Of a stretch of 64,000 nucleotides of DNA, positions 45,652 through 55,955 are shown piece after piece; position 1 is the first letter of the stretch; each line of letters starts with the position of its first letter. Below the pieces are notes generated by a model that made no database searches, had not been told where the DNA came from, and saw only the letters and a program-made list of their open reading frames with translations. Both the position numbers and the translations under genes were made by a program. Source of the stretch: Eubacteriales bacterium (GTDB lineage Bacteria > Bacillota > Clostridia > Oscillospirales > CAG-272); NCBI GenBank assembly GCA_045612105.1, contig JAZKYL010000113.1:226099-290098 (forward strand), in the 5' to 3' direction.

Positions 45652-46860
45652 ATGAAAAAAGTAAGGCTTGGCATCATTGGTATGGGTAATATGGGTTACC
45701 AGCACTTAAGAGAGCTTATTCGTCAAGATGATTGCGAGATAGAAATAACCGCAATCGCTGACAGAAAACCCGCCAGACTTGATGCAGGTAAGAACTATAT
45801 TACTGAGTATAATGAGAAGAATCCTGACAAAACCCCGTACTCCATTCCAAAGACTTTTGCCGAGGGAAGCGACCTTATAAAGAGCGGCGAGTGTGAGGCC
45901 ATACTTATCGCGGTTCCTCACTATGATCATCCTACTCTTGCTATTGAGGGCTTCAAAGCAGGACTTCACGTTATGTGCGAGAAGCCCGCAGGTGTTTACA
46001 CTCTTCAGGTAAGAGAGATGATTGCAGAGGCTGATAAGCATCCCGAGTTGAAATTCGGTATGATGTTCAATCAAAGAACCAACTGCCTTTTCAGAAAAAT
46101 GAAAGAGATCATCGACAGCGGCGAGCTTGGTGAGATCAGAAGAACCAACTGGATAATCACCGACTGGTATCGCCCTCAGGCTTATTACGATTCGGGCGAC
46201 TGGCGTGCAACCTGGTCGGGCGAGGGCGGCGGTGTTCTGCTGAATCAGTGTCCTCATAATCTTGACCTTTGGCAGTGGATCTGCGGTATGCCCGTATATG
46301 TGGATGCAAAAATGAGCTTCGGTAGACTTCACGACGTTGAGATAGAGGATGAGGTTACCGCGTTCGTTAGATATGCAAACGGTGCAACCGGTACGTTTAT
46401 TACTACCACCGGTGAGGCTCCCGGAACTAACCGCTTTGAGATAGTATGTGACGGCGGTACCATTGTTTGTGACGACGGTAGACTTATTCTCAAGAAGCTT
46501 GATGTGCCCGAATCCGAGTTCACCAAGACCAACACAGTTGCTTTTGGCATACCTAAGTGTACTAGAAGTGTGGTTGAGACCGACGGTCAGAATCCTCAGC
46601 ACAAGGCGGTACGAAATGCCTTTGCTGCGGCTATTCTTCGCGACGAGCCTATGATTGCGGACGGCAGAGAGGGAATTAACGGACTTATGATCTCCAACGC
46701 GATGCATCTTTCCGCATGGACTGGCAAGCCCGTTGAGCTTCCTTTCGACGAGCAACAGTTCAAGGATCTGCTTATGGAGCACGTAAAAAACTCTCGACGC
46801 AAAGTAGCTACAGCTTCTGCCGAGGTTGCAGATCTTTCAAACACCTACGGTTCTAAATAA
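45652..46860 (+). CDS. Gfo/Idh/MocA NAD-dependent oxidoreductase (copy 2)
   Basis: GIIGMGNMG, VMCEKPAG, MFNQR, GGGVLLNQCPHNLD. Confidence 0.92.
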   Translation: MKKVRLGIIGMGNMGYQHLRELIRQDDCEIEITAIADRKPARLDAGKNYITEYNEKNPDKTPYSIPKTFAEGSDLIKSGECEAILIAVPHYDHPTLAIEGFKAGLHVMCEKPAGVYTLQVREMIAEADKHPELKFGMMFNQRTNCLFRKMKEIIDSGELGEIRRTNWIITDWYRPQAYYDSGDWRATWSGEGGGVLLNQCPHNLDLWQWICGMPVYVDAKMSFGRLHDVEIEDEVTAFVRYANGATGTFITTTGEAPGTNRFEIVCDGGTIVCDDGRLILKKLDVPESEFTKTNTVAFGIPKCTRSVVETDGQNPQHKAVRNAFAAAILRDEPMIADGREGINGLMISNAMHLSAWTGKPVELPFDEQQFKDLLMEHVKNSRRKVATASAEVADLSNTYGSK

Positions 46861-46870
46861 TAACGAACAC

Positions 46871-46902
46871 CAAAAGCCTCATCAATTTCGATGGGGCTTT
46901 TG
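46871..46902 (+). terminator. Intrinsic terminator
   Basis: caaaagcctcatc-aatttc-gatggggcttttg. Confidence 0.8.
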
Positions 46903-46954
46903 CAATATACGAAAAATCAAAGTAAAATAGGCAAAAACAAGTCATTTTTTATAC

Positions 46955-46983
46955 TTGACATGAAAAATATTATATGTTAAAAT
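46955..46983 (+). promoter_or_regulatory. sigma-A promoter
   Basis: TTGACA-17bp-TAAAAT. Confidence 0.7.
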
Positions 46984-47049
46984 TTAATTGTGGCAGATGC
47001 TTACATTTCACTTCAAACGCTCATAATCATAAGAAGAGAGGTCACTATT

Positions 47050-49053
47050 ATGAATTTTTCTCCGTATCAGTTCAGAATTGCTTATCACGACGGCATAAGC
47101 GAGATCATACCGTTCAACACCGATGAATCCTGTGGAAATAAGGTAAGAATCATACTCAAATCAGACGAAAAAGGCATCGCAACAACCAAATTGACCGCCC
47201 TTGAGGATATTATGCCAGGATATTTGAACGTAGAATTCAAAATACCCGAATCAACACTCACAGACGATCTCTATTATTATTATGCTACATTTACGACAAA
47301 CGATATAGCGTCGGTTTTTCAGCACAAGCTCAAGCCCAAAAACGATATGAAGGATCTTATCCTTATGAAGAATATCGCAACGGGAGAAAATCTCAATATA
47401 GGTCTCCTTACGGCTCACAGATTTTTCACAATTATACGACTGGAAAATGATATCGTTTCTGTCCATTTTGACCTTGAAAACAAGCTTATCAAAAAAGGTA
47501 CAACGCTCACCCTTGAGCGTTTCATATACGGAACCGAATGTGAAACCGAATTTCTTGAAAAGAGATACGCACCTCTAACAGCCGATCTTAACAGTGCCAG
47601 ACCCCTCAACAGCGTTCCTACGGGCTGGTGCTCCTGGTCCTGCTATTACAGAAACGTAGACGAAAAAAAGATCTCCAACTGCGTCGAGGATATGACAACA
47701 ATAAAAGGAACCGACCTGTTCCAGATCGACGACGGATGGCAGGTTGACGGCACCTTCCCGGGAGATTGGCACGTTGACCCTGAAAAATTCCCTAACGGAC
47801 TTGAAGAAATAATAAAAAAATGCAACGATAACGGCATAACCTTCGGCCTCTGGCTCTCGCCGTTTTTGGTAGCCGAGGATTCCGTATATTACGAGAGTGT
47901 CAAGCACCTTGCAAGAACCGACGTGGTGGCAGGGAACTCGACTCCGACAAAAATATACCATCCTTTCGACCTCGATAATCCCGAGTATTATGATCTGCTC
48001 TATAAGACATATCATTGGCTCTCTCATGAAATGAACGTCAAGTATTATAAGCTTGACTTCCTTATATTCGGATATTTCAGCTTCCACTGTCAGATACGCT
48101 TCAAAACAGACTATAAATCCGCGCTTTTCCGCAAGGTCGTGCAAACTATAAGAGCAGCAGTAGGAGAAGATGCAATAATGCTGTCTTGTGGCTCACCCAT
48201 AACCGAATGCGCAGGAATCTTTGATGCACAAAGGATCTCCAGAGACATAATCTGTCCCAAAAACGCAGGCGACCCATTCTATTGGCAACATTGGAGCAAT
48301 ATCAAGAACGCTTCCAAAACCGTATTGTATCGTTATTTTTATAACAATATTATCTTCAGAAACGACCCTGACGGTGTGGTTTTGAGAGATTACGACATCG
48401 GAGACGGCTTCGATTGCAACTACGCTGAGGCACGTTATTGGTCAACAATCGTAGCATTTTCAGGAGGATTAGTTCTTACAAATGACGAGTTCCGTAATCT
48501 GAGTAAGCCACGCCAGGAGCTATTTACAAAGCTTATACCGGCACTTGGAATAAGTGGACGTGCAAACGATATGTTCGAATATCCCGCGCCCACCAAGGCA
48601 ATTATTGAGGCTTCTGAAACCACAAAATATATAGCAAGCTTCAATATGTCCGATAAATTTGAGAATATTGACGTCAATCTCAATGACTTCGGAATATGTG
48701 GCAAAAAGCTGATATTCAGATGCTGGGAATCTGAATTTGTCGGCTTAACCGATACAGTAAGTGAAAAGTTGGTAAATCCTCACAACGCGCTGATGTATAT
48801 GGTTAAGGACATACCTACAGAGCCAACGTTTATCTATTCAGATATAAACGTATACCTCGGTGAAAATGTTTTCAAATCCGAATTTACTAATGGCAGTCTG
48901 ACCATAACAGTTAACGATGAGAATAAAAAATTTGTAACCGGCAACACGAAAGTTTACGCATATTATCCCAAGAAATACGTAAATGCGATCACAATCAAAG
49001 AAAAAATATCCTGCGAAACAGAAGAATTTGTAATAACAGAATATAAATTATAA
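47050..49053 (+). CDS. Alpha-galactosidase-like glycoside hydrolase, GH36
   Basis: PTGWCSWSCYY, FQIDDGWQ, KFPNGL, FGLWLSPF, YYKLDF, QRISRD, NDPD. Confidence 0.85.
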   Translation: MNFSPYQFRIAYHDGISEIIPFNTDESCGNKVRIILKSDEKGIATTKLTALEDIMPGYLNVEFKIPESTLTDDLYYYYATFTTNDIASVFQHKLKPKNDMKDLILMKNIATGENLNIGLLTAHRFFTIIRLENDIVSVHFDLENKLIKKGTTLTLERFIYGTECETEFLEKRYAPLTADLNSARPLNSVPTGWCSWSCYYRNVDEKKISNCVEDMTTIKGTDLFQIDDGWQVDGTFPGDWHVDPEKFPNGLEEIIKKCNDNGITFGLWLSPFLVAEDSVYYESVKHLARTDVVAGNSTPTKIYHPFDLDNPEYYDLLYKTYHWLSHEMNVKYYKLDFLIFGYFSFHCQIRFKTDYKSALFRKVVQTIRAAVGEDAIMLSCGSPITECAGIFDAQRISRDIICPKNAGDPFYWQHWSNIKNASKTVLYRYFYNNIIFRNDPDGVVLRDYDIGDGFDCNYAEARYWSTIVAFSGGLVLTNDEFRNLSKPRQELFTKLIPALGISGRANDMFEYPAPTKAIIEASETTKYIASFNMSDKFENIDVNLNDFGICGKKLIFRCWESEFVGLTDTVSEKLVNPHNALMYMVKDIPTEPTFIYSDINVYLGENVFKSEFTNGSLTITVNDENKKFVTGNTKVYAYYPKKYVNAITIKEKISCETEEFVITEYKL

Positions 49054-49082
49054 TCTGTACCCCCAAAAACTAAATAACTAAA

Positions 49083-49111
49083 ACAGATCGACTCTATATG
49101 AGTCGATCTGT
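49083..49111. terminator. Hairpin between convergent GH36 and spoIIID
   Basis: acagatcgactc-tatat-gagtcgatctgt 12-bp stem. Confidence 0.7.
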
Positions 49112-49306
49112 AGACTTTTAGGTATTATATGAGTTCTGTAAAGACCACCCCATAAACCAGCTTAAAATTGGTATTTTCGACTCCCCAAATTATACAAAAT
49201 TTTGATTTTGTATAATTAATGATATTGATTAATAATCTTCTCTTTTTAGCCCAATTGACGCTTATAATGCACAAGGCGACCTAAAATTCCGTTTGTGCTC
49301 TATGGC

Positions 49307-49573
49307 TCATCCGCTTGTTTCTTCAATCAAGTATTTTTTCTTGGTTGCCTCTCCTCCGCGCAGATGCCTTTCCTTTTTATTTTTTGCAAGAACGCTTTGT
49401 ACGTCCAGATATAGTGATTTGTTCGCGTTTTTCAATACTTGTGTTACGTCTTTATGTACCGTGCTTTTGCTGATTCCAAATCTCGTTGCGGTGGACCTCA
49501 CTGTTGCGTTGTTTTCAACAATATACAATCCAAGTACTACGCACCGTTCTTTTCCTGACGCTAAATACATCAT
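49307..49573 (-). CDS. spoIIID: Stage III sporulation regulator SpoIIID
   Basis: YIVENNATVRSTATRFGISKSTVHKDVT...NKKERHLRGGEATKKKY. Confidence 0.93.
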   Translation of the reverse strand: MMYLASGKERCVVLGLYIVENNATVRSTATRFGISKSTVHKDVTQVLKNANKSLYLDVQSVLAKNKKERHLRGGEATKKKYLIEETSG

Positions 49574-49656
49574 CGCGTTTACCTCGCATTTATATGGTGT
49601 TTATTCTAATATATATGCTTAGTTCAATAAATTAATTCTTTAGGAGTAATTATTAT

Positions 49657-50418
49657 ATGCAAGATTCTTTTGATATTTTTGAAGGTATGACTTCGATATC
49701 TGCTGTTATCAATGCTATATCAAGTGGCACCAGCAATCGTAAGATTCACAAAGTATTATATGACCGCGACCGAACTAAAAATAGGATACGCGAATTACAT
49801 TTTCTTGAGCATTCCTCATCGTCTCTCGGTTTTTCTTTAAACCCTGTTGACTCGTCTGAAATTGACAAAATCGTTTCAGGTACTACTCACGGTGGCATTG
49901 TAGCTGTCTGTTCCAACAGATCATTTCCTGAATTGAATGCTAACCATTTGTTAAACGGAAGTTTCTTCGTTTTGCTTGAAGGCATCGAGGATCCATATAA
50001 TTTTGGGTATTCTGTCAGATCACTTTATGCCGCGGGCGTTAATGGAATCATATTACCACCCAGAAATTGGCTTGAGCTGTCAGGCACAGTTGCCCGATCA
50101 TCTGCAGGTACTACCGAACTTGCCAACATCTTGATATCCGAGCCTTGCGATGCCGTAAAACTCTTTAAAGACCGTGGCTATGAAATAGTTTGCGCAGGCA
50201 TACGCGACTCCGTATCACTTTATGATCACAGTTTTTCTTCGCCTACACTGCTTGTAATTGGCGGTGAAAAGCGCGGAATATCACGTAAAATTCTTGATTT
50301 GGCAGACACAACTGTCAGAATCGACTACGGCCGTAGTTTTATGGGTTCTTTGCCGTCTGCATCAGCGATTTCAGTCATGGCTTTTGAAATTGCTCATAAA
50401 AAAGGAATAATATCTTAA
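49657..50418 (+). CDS. TrmH/SpoU family RNA methyltransferase
   Basis: HGGIVA, EGIEDPYNFGYSVRS, VIGGEKRGIS. Confidence 0.85.
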   Translation: MQDSFDIFEGMTSISAVINAISSGTSNRKIHKVLYDRDRTKNRIRELHFLEHSSSSLGFSLNPVDSSEIDKIVSGTTHGGIVAVCSNRSFPELNANHLLNGSFFVLLEGIEDPYNFGYSVRSLYAAGVNGIILPPRNWLELSGTVARSSAGTTELANILISEPCDAVKLFKDRGYEIVCAGIRDSVSLYDHSFSSPTLLVIGGEKRGISRKILDLADTTVRIDYGRSFMGSLPSASAISVMAFEIAHKKGIIS

Positions 50419-50522
50419 TTTTAACAAAAAAGTTTCTATTTGTTGTTTTTATCATATAGAACATTTTGATTTTTATGCTATAATTATAGAAATATAAACG
50501 TAGTATTTATAGAGGTTGATTA

Positions 50523-51362
50523 ATGAAAAAACTGGCTTTTATAGGTGTAGGTAATATGGCAAGTGCCACATTGTCAGGCATTTTTAAAGGATCTGAACGC
50601 TTGGTTGAATGGTCAAATATCATTTTATTTAACCGTCATAAAGAGAAAATCGAAAAATACCGCGAATACGGTGCAATAATTGCTGATACACTAAAAGATG
50701 CGGTGGAGGCTGCAGACTATGTATTTCTTTGTGTCAAACCTCAAAATTTTTCGGAAATTCTTCCCTGTTTGTCTGCCTTCAAAAATGTCTCAAATAAAGT
50801 TTTTGTCACCATGGCAGCAGGTATAACTATGAAAGTCGTCTCGGATGCCGCACTCGGTGCCTCGGTTATTCGTGTTATGCCAAATACCCCTATCCTAATA
50901 GGCAATGGTGTTATTGCCGCCTGTAAAAATTCTAAAACATCTGATGAAGATTTTCAATTTATATGCAGCATTTTCAATCGTTCCGGATCGGTTATAGTCA
51001 TACAGGAAAATGAAATGAACCGTATTATTTCTGTCACCGGCTCGTCTCCGGCATATGTTTTTCTTCTTATCAAAGCAATGTATGACGGAGCTGTCGCTCA
51101 AGGACTCGTAACAAACGGAACTGTTGACGGACTTTCCGAAAAAGAAATCTTAGATAGTATCTGCGACACCATAATCGGAGCAGCTACTCTTATGAAATCA
51201 GAAAGCAAAACTCCCGAAGAGCAAATCGCTATAGTTGCATCAAAAGGCGGCACCACCGAGCGAGCCATAACTGAATTGCATAACTACAATTTTTGTGAAG
51301 GCATTATAAGTGCAATGCAAAAATGCACAGACCGTGCTGAAGAATTGGGGGCTTCAAAGTAA
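50523..51362 (+). CDS. proC: Pyrroline-5-carboxylate reductase
   Basis: FIGVGNMA, LCVKPQ, RVMPNTP, TGSSPAYVF, VASKGGTT. Confidence 0.94.
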   Translation: MKKLAFIGVGNMASATLSGIFKGSERLVEWSNIILFNRHKEKIEKYREYGAIIADTLKDAVEAADYVFLCVKPQNFSEILPCLSAFKNVSNKVFVTMAAGITMKVVSDAALGASVIRVMPNTPILIGNGVIAACKNSKTSDEDFQFICSIFNRSGSVIVIQENEMNRIISVTGSSPAYVFLLIKAMYDGAVAQGLVTNGTVDGLSEKEILDSICDTIIGAATLMKSESKTPEEQIAIVASKGGTTERAITELHNYNFCEGIISAMQKCTDRAEELGASK

Positions 51363-51417
51363 TATTTTTTCTCAACGTTCCATAACAATTTATTATAAGA
51401 ATTGTTTGGTGGTATAT

Positions 51418-51987
51418 ATGAGAAGATTTAATTGCAACTCAAATAAGAATATATTATTGATTTTAAGATTAACAGCATTATTCATTTTTGCATTCATATT
51501 TGGATGCTATTACGTATCTTCGCATTTTGATCTAAAAGATCAAGAAAGCATTATTTCGTCATTTGAGATAAGCAATTTTTTTGAAAACCTTTTTCCGATA
51601 TCAATTATCGACTATTATCTTATGCTGTTCGTGGGCATTTCTGCGTTAACATTTTTCTGCCCGCTTGCCATCCACTTGTCAACTATTATAGGAGGATTAT
51701 TGTATGGCATGTCTTTCGCTTCATCTATACCTTTAATTGCTAACAACATTAAATGTTTTTTAGTTGTATTGATCTCAATAATAGTTGCTATTATTTACAT
51801 ATATTGGGCAACATTTGCCATAAAATCAAACCGTAGCTTTTTGTTATGCGCAGGTAAAAGCCCACAAAACCCACGCATTTTTATTTCTGCGGATTTCAAG
51901 AAATTTATATTTGAACTTTTAAAAATATTCATACTATTAACAATAATAAAAGTAATAATCTCTTTTTTATTAAACACGATAAAATAA
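51418..51987 (+). CDS. Membrane protein, possibly SpoIIM-like
   Basis: About 190 aa, 5 hydrophobic segments, F-x-FGC N-terminal pattern; family assignment weak. Confidence 0.4.
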   Translation: MRRFNCNSNKNILLILRLTALFIFAFIFGCYYVSSHFDLKDQESIISSFEISNFFENLFPISIIDYYLMLFVGISALTFFCPLAIHLSTIIGGLLYGMSFASSIPLIANNIKCFLVVLISIIVAIIYIYWATFAIKSNRSFLLCAGKSPQNPRIFISADFKKFIFELLKIFILLTIIKVIISFLLNTIK

Positions 51988-52009
51988 CTCAAAGAAAAGG
52001 ATCAAAAAA

Positions 52010-52966
52010 TTGGAAATCAAGAAAAAAATCAAATTATTCGATATGAATCGCGATGGAAAAGGTGTTGACAAAGGCGAAGATACAACACCGAATTTAAAAT
52101 TCTTTTTTAAACAGTTCGGAAGAAAATTTTCTAAAATTATCTCTTTAAATATCTTAATGATATTTCAGATAATCCCGATATTAATCTCAATTTATCTGTA
52201 CTTTTTTGCATCTCCCACAACTCCTACTCAATACTTCCCTGAATATGCAGCACTACACGGAATTCAAGAAACTGCAACCAACGCTGTTTCATCGGTTAAT
52301 ACTGGATTGCATTCGTTTCAACTTGGACTTCCTACGTACAATACCTATATATATTGGGTAATTGGTGCCCTTGCAGTGTTTATGCTCATTACTTACGGCT
52401 GGCAAAAAGTAGGATCCGTGTATGTCACAAGAGGGCTGGTCAGAGGTGATAGCGTTTTTGTTTTCTCAGATTACTTCTATGCTATAAAAAAGAATTTGAA
52501 ACAGGGCTTTTTCCTGGGACTTATCGATTGTATTATAATGGCGGTTCTCGCATACGACTTAATCTACTTTCTCAATTCCCCACTCTCCGGCTTTAACAAC
52601 TTTATGTACGTTATGATAATCGCGCTCATAATTCTATATGTTGTTTTCAGATTTTATACATACCTTATGTTAGTCACGTTTAATATGAAGCTCGGTAAGA
52701 TATTCAAAAACGCGCTGATATTTACTGTGCTTGGTATCAAAAGGAATATCTTAGCTTTACTGGGGCTTTTGATCGTATCTGCCGTTGCAATAGTCCCCAT
52801 AATTCTTCTTATGCCTCTGGGGCTCGGTGTTGCAATAGTTTTACCGCTTATATACTATCTCGGTGTTTGTTGCTTTATTTACACATATGCCGCTTATCCA
52901 ATCTTAGACAGATATATGATTCAACCGGTAGCTCCTGTTGATTCTGATAATAATGAAGATATCTAA
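52010..52966 (+). CDS. YesL/DUF624-like membrane protein
   Basis: GKGVDK, FFKQFGRKFSKIISLN, VFSDYFYAIKKNLKQG, IFKNALIF. Confidence 0.7.
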   Translation: MEIKKKIKLFDMNRDGKGVDKGEDTTPNLKFFFKQFGRKFSKIISLNILMIFQIIPILISIYLYFFASPTTPTQYFPEYAALHGIQETATNAVSSVNTGLHSFQLGLPTYNTYIYWVIGALAVFMLITYGWQKVGSVYVTRGLVRGDSVFVFSDYFYAIKKNLKQGFFLGLIDCIIMAVLAYDLIYFLNSPLSGFNNFMYVMIIALIILYVVFRFYTYLMLVTFNMKLGKIFKNALIFTVLGIKRNILALLGLLIVSAVAIVPIILLMPLGLGVAIVLPLIYYLGVCCFIYTYAAYPILDRYMIQPVAPVDSDNNEDI

Positions 52967-53006
52967 AAAATTCCGAGATCCATTTTTGGTGGGTCTCGGA
53001 ATTTTT
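52965..53006. terminator. Bidirectional terminator
   Basis: aaaaattccgagatcca...tgggtctcggaattttt. Confidence 0.8.
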
Positions 53007-53014
53007 ATAATTAC

Positions 53015-53722
53015 TTATTCTAATCCAATCAGCTCACTGACAACAACAAACTTATATCCCATATTCAACAGCTCGGGTATAAATAACTTAAGTGCTTCAG
53101 GTGTGGGACTGTTGTATGAAATATAATCATGCATCAAAATTATATCTCCGGAGGCAATATGCTTTACAACGTTGTCACGTATAGCTTCTGATGGTGTGTG
53201 AGCCCAATCCAAAGTATCAATATCCCACAAAATCACTTTATAATCCAGATTTTTTAAAACATTTTTGACTTGTGAATCCACCATCCCCTCAGGAGGGCGA
53301 AAAAGCTTTGTTTTGTGGTCAGTCAGACCATATATTGCGGACTCGCATTTTTCAACCTCGCTATTCAACCGATCAGCATCAAGTACCGCCACGTGTGGAT
53401 GAGTGTATGTGTGATTGCCTATCTCATGTCCTCTCCTGCTGATTTCCTCAAGAGCTTCGTGATAATTCACGGCATTTATTCCAACAATAAAAAAAGTAGC
53501 TTTAATTCCATAATAATCAAGTATATCTAATATTTGAGGAGTATATCTCGGATGAGGCCCATCATCAAAGGTAAGTGCAATTTTCTTATACTCATTTTGG
53601 TTCTTTCTGTATATGTCAACGTCAGAATCTTCCGAATATACCTGTACGGTAAAAACAGAACACACCATATTGACTATCAGCGCAACAGTCAGAGCAACAG
53701 AGCATATACCCCTTGCTTTCAT
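53015..53722 (-). CDS. Polysaccharide deacetylase (CE4/NodB)
   Basis: ALTFDDGPHP, GNHTYTH, FRPPEG, ILMHD. Confidence 0.9.
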   Translation of the reverse strand: MKARGICSVALTVALIVNMVCSVFTVQVYSEDSDVDIYRKNQNEYKKIALTFDDGPHPRYTPQILDILDYYGIKATFFIVGINAVNYHEALEEISRRGHEIGNHTYTHPHVAVLDADRLNSEVEKCESAIYGLTDHKTKLFRPPEGMVDSQVKNVLKNLDYKVILWDIDTLDWAHTPSEAIRDNVVKHIASGDIILMHDYISYNSPTPEALKLFIPELLNMGYKFVVVSELIGLE

Positions 53723-54513
53723 TGAATATCACCGCCCAGCTCATCAAGTGTACCAAACCGATACCCCCTTGATTTAAGCTCTTTAATTACGTCTCCAAGT
53801 ATTTGCGCATTTGTTGCTGACGTTGGGTGTAGAAGCATTATCTCGCCATTATGGATATTCTCAATAATTTTGTTTTTTGCGCGATCAAACGACATTTGAT
53901 TATTATTGTCCCAATCAGCATATCCAAAGCTCCAAAAAACCGTCTTATATCCAAGTTCCTTGGCATATTTAAGACTCTCTTCATCAAATCTACCTTCGGG
54001 AGGTCGATAGTATTTTGCCAAATTGTGACCGGTTTTTTCTACACATATCCGTTCAAGCTTTTCAATCTCATTCACAAATTCTTCTTTGCTTTTTCCAATC
54101 ATGGTTTTGTGTGAATAGGTATGGTTGCAAACCAAATGTCCCTCATCAAACATTCTTAGTATGAGGTCGACATTTTTTTCTATCACATTTCCCAACACAA
54201 AAAATGCCCCCTGAACATCTTCTTGCTTAAGCACGTCCAATACTTTTCTTACGTTTCCATTTTCGTATCCAACGTCAAACGTTAAATAAATCACCTTGTC
54301 TGTGCTGTCATTTCCATGTTCTGCATCTATATAATAACAATCATAACCTTCAATAAAATCAAAACGACTATCAGCAGTCGGCTGCTTATTATCTTTTCTA
54401 TGAACGCAATACCAGCTATATGATTCACCTGCCGCAAAGATCTGTATGATTGTTGCATATATTAAAAAAATAACTAAAACTATTCCAAAAACACCCTTTT
54501 TCGACTTTATCAT
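53719..54513 (-). CDS. pdaA: Spore cortex delta-lactam biosynthetic deacetylase PdaA-like
   Basis: YLTFDVGYENG, CNHTYSH, YRPPEG, FWSFGYADWD, LLHPTSATNA. Confidence 0.8.
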   Translation of the reverse strand: MIKSKKGVFGIVLVIFLIYATIIQIFAAGESYSWYCVHRKDNKQPTADSRFDFIEGYDCYYIDAEHGNDSTDKVIYLTFDVGYENGNVRKVLDVLKQEDVQGAFFVLGNVIEKNVDLILRMFDEGHLVCNHTYSHKTMIGKSKEEFVNEIEKLERICVEKTGHNLAKYYRPPEGRFDEESLKYAKELGYKTVFWSFGYADWDNNNQMSFDRAKNKIIENIHNGEIMLLHPTSATNAQILGDVIKELKSRGYRFGTLDELGGDIQ

Positions 54514-54640
54514 TTTAACAACTCCTTTCAAATATATTTTTCTCATTTTTATTACAATTATTTATTTGAAATATATTGACTTTTTTTGAATAATGAGTTA
54601 AAATATATATGTAATGCCAAGACAAAAGGAGGAAATGACA

Positions 54641-54916
54641 ATGGAATTAGTTTGGAAAATGATCCTTGGTTTTTTTGTCGGCATTCTTTGCGGTCTTGTA
54701 CCGTTTATATATGGATTTATTAAGGCAAACCGTAAGCTTGCCGCGGTTTCTATCATATTGACAGCTCTTTCCGGATTGCTCTTCTCCGTTTTGGACAAAT
54801 CTCCTTTTTCCGCATTTGTTGTTGCGATTATGTTTGTTGTAATAAATATAGCAAGCAACAAACGTAAATCTCTCCACAACCAAGATGATAATGAAGATGG
54901 GGACGATATATCATAA
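54641..54916 (+). CDS. Small membrane protein
   Basis: AAGGAGG RBS, own TTGACT-17-TAAAAT promoter (54576-54604), 3 hydrophobic segments, terminator 54916-54947. Confidence 0.75.
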   Translation: MELVWKMILGFFVGILCGLVPFIYGFIKANRKLAAVSIILTALSGLLFSVLDKSPFSAFVVAIMFVVINIASNKRKSLHNQDDNEDGDDIS

Positions 54917-55049
54917 ATATCCGAGCAACATGCTTCGGATATTTTTATTATGCCAAAAAATGTAAAAATAATTATAAAAATCTATATACAAAAAGAGTTA
55001 AATATGTTATAATATATTAATATTAATACTATAAATGGTGGTTATTACT

Positions 55050-55916
55050 ATGAAAAGCAATAAAAATAAGAGAGATTTCAAATTCGATAACAAAAATAGT
55101 CTCCAAAAAGGAAACGAATCAAAGCAGCATGGACGTTATGACAAATATACCAACTCTGCCAATGAGCAAACTGAGGAAGGTACTGGTGTCGTAATAGGCA
55201 GAAACGCGGTCCGAGAGTTGCTAAAATCTGACCGAGAGATAGACAAAATTCTGGTTCAAAGAGGAGAGCGAGAAGGTTCTATTGTTGTTTTGGTTGCTAT
55301 GGCAGTTGAAAAAGGCATTCCCGTAGTAGAAACAGACAAATCAAAGCTTGATGCAATTTCCGGATTCGCCCCCCATCAAGGCGTAATTGCTATGGCATCA
55401 GAAAAAGAATACTGCTCTGTTGAAGATATTCTTGAGATTGCAGAATCACGTGGAGAAGCTCCTCTTATTGTTATTGCCGATGGTATTACAGACCCTTATA
55501 ATCTTGGTGCACTCATCAGATGTGCCGAAGGTGCAGGTGCTCATGGTATCATTATACCTAAAAGACGCTCGACCGGTCTCACACCTCTTGTTTCTAAATC
55601 TTCAGCCGGTGCCATAGAGCATATGGCAATTGCAAAGGTATCAAATATTACTAATACAATTCTATCACTGAAAGAAAAAGGAGTTTGGGTTTTCGCCGCA
55701 GAGGCAGGTGGAAAGCCATATTATGAAACCGATTTTAAGGGTCCCTGTGCCTTGGTGTTCGGCAGTGAAGGTAATGGAGTATCGCAGATTGTTATAGATA
55801 ATTGCGATGTCTTGACATCGATTCCTATGTATGGCAAGGTTAACTCATTCAACGTATCCACTGCTGCTTCTGTGCTCCTTTGTGAAGCAGCCAGACAAAA
55901 CAGAACTCAAAAATAA
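55050..55916 (+). CDS. rlmB: 23S rRNA Gm2251 methyltransferase
   Basis: GRNAVRELL, HQGVIA, DPYNLGALIR, FGSEGNG, IPMYGKVNSFNVS. Confidence 0.92.
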   Translation: MKSNKNKRDFKFDNKNSLQKGNESKQHGRYDKYTNSANEQTEEGTGVVIGRNAVRELLKSDREIDKILVQRGEREGSIVVLVAMAVEKGIPVVETDKSKLDAISGFAPHQGVIAMASEKEYCSVEDILEIAESRGEAPLIVIADGITDPYNLGALIRCAEGAGAHGIIIPKRRSTGLTPLVSKSSAGAIEHMAIAKVSNITNTILSLKEKGVWVFAAEAGGKPYYETDFKGPCALVFGSEGNGVSQIVIDNCDVLTSIPMYGKVNSFNVSTAASVLLCEAARQNRTQK

Positions 55917-55955
55917 TATATTCTCATTATTAATTCGAAATAAGGAGGTGTCTTG

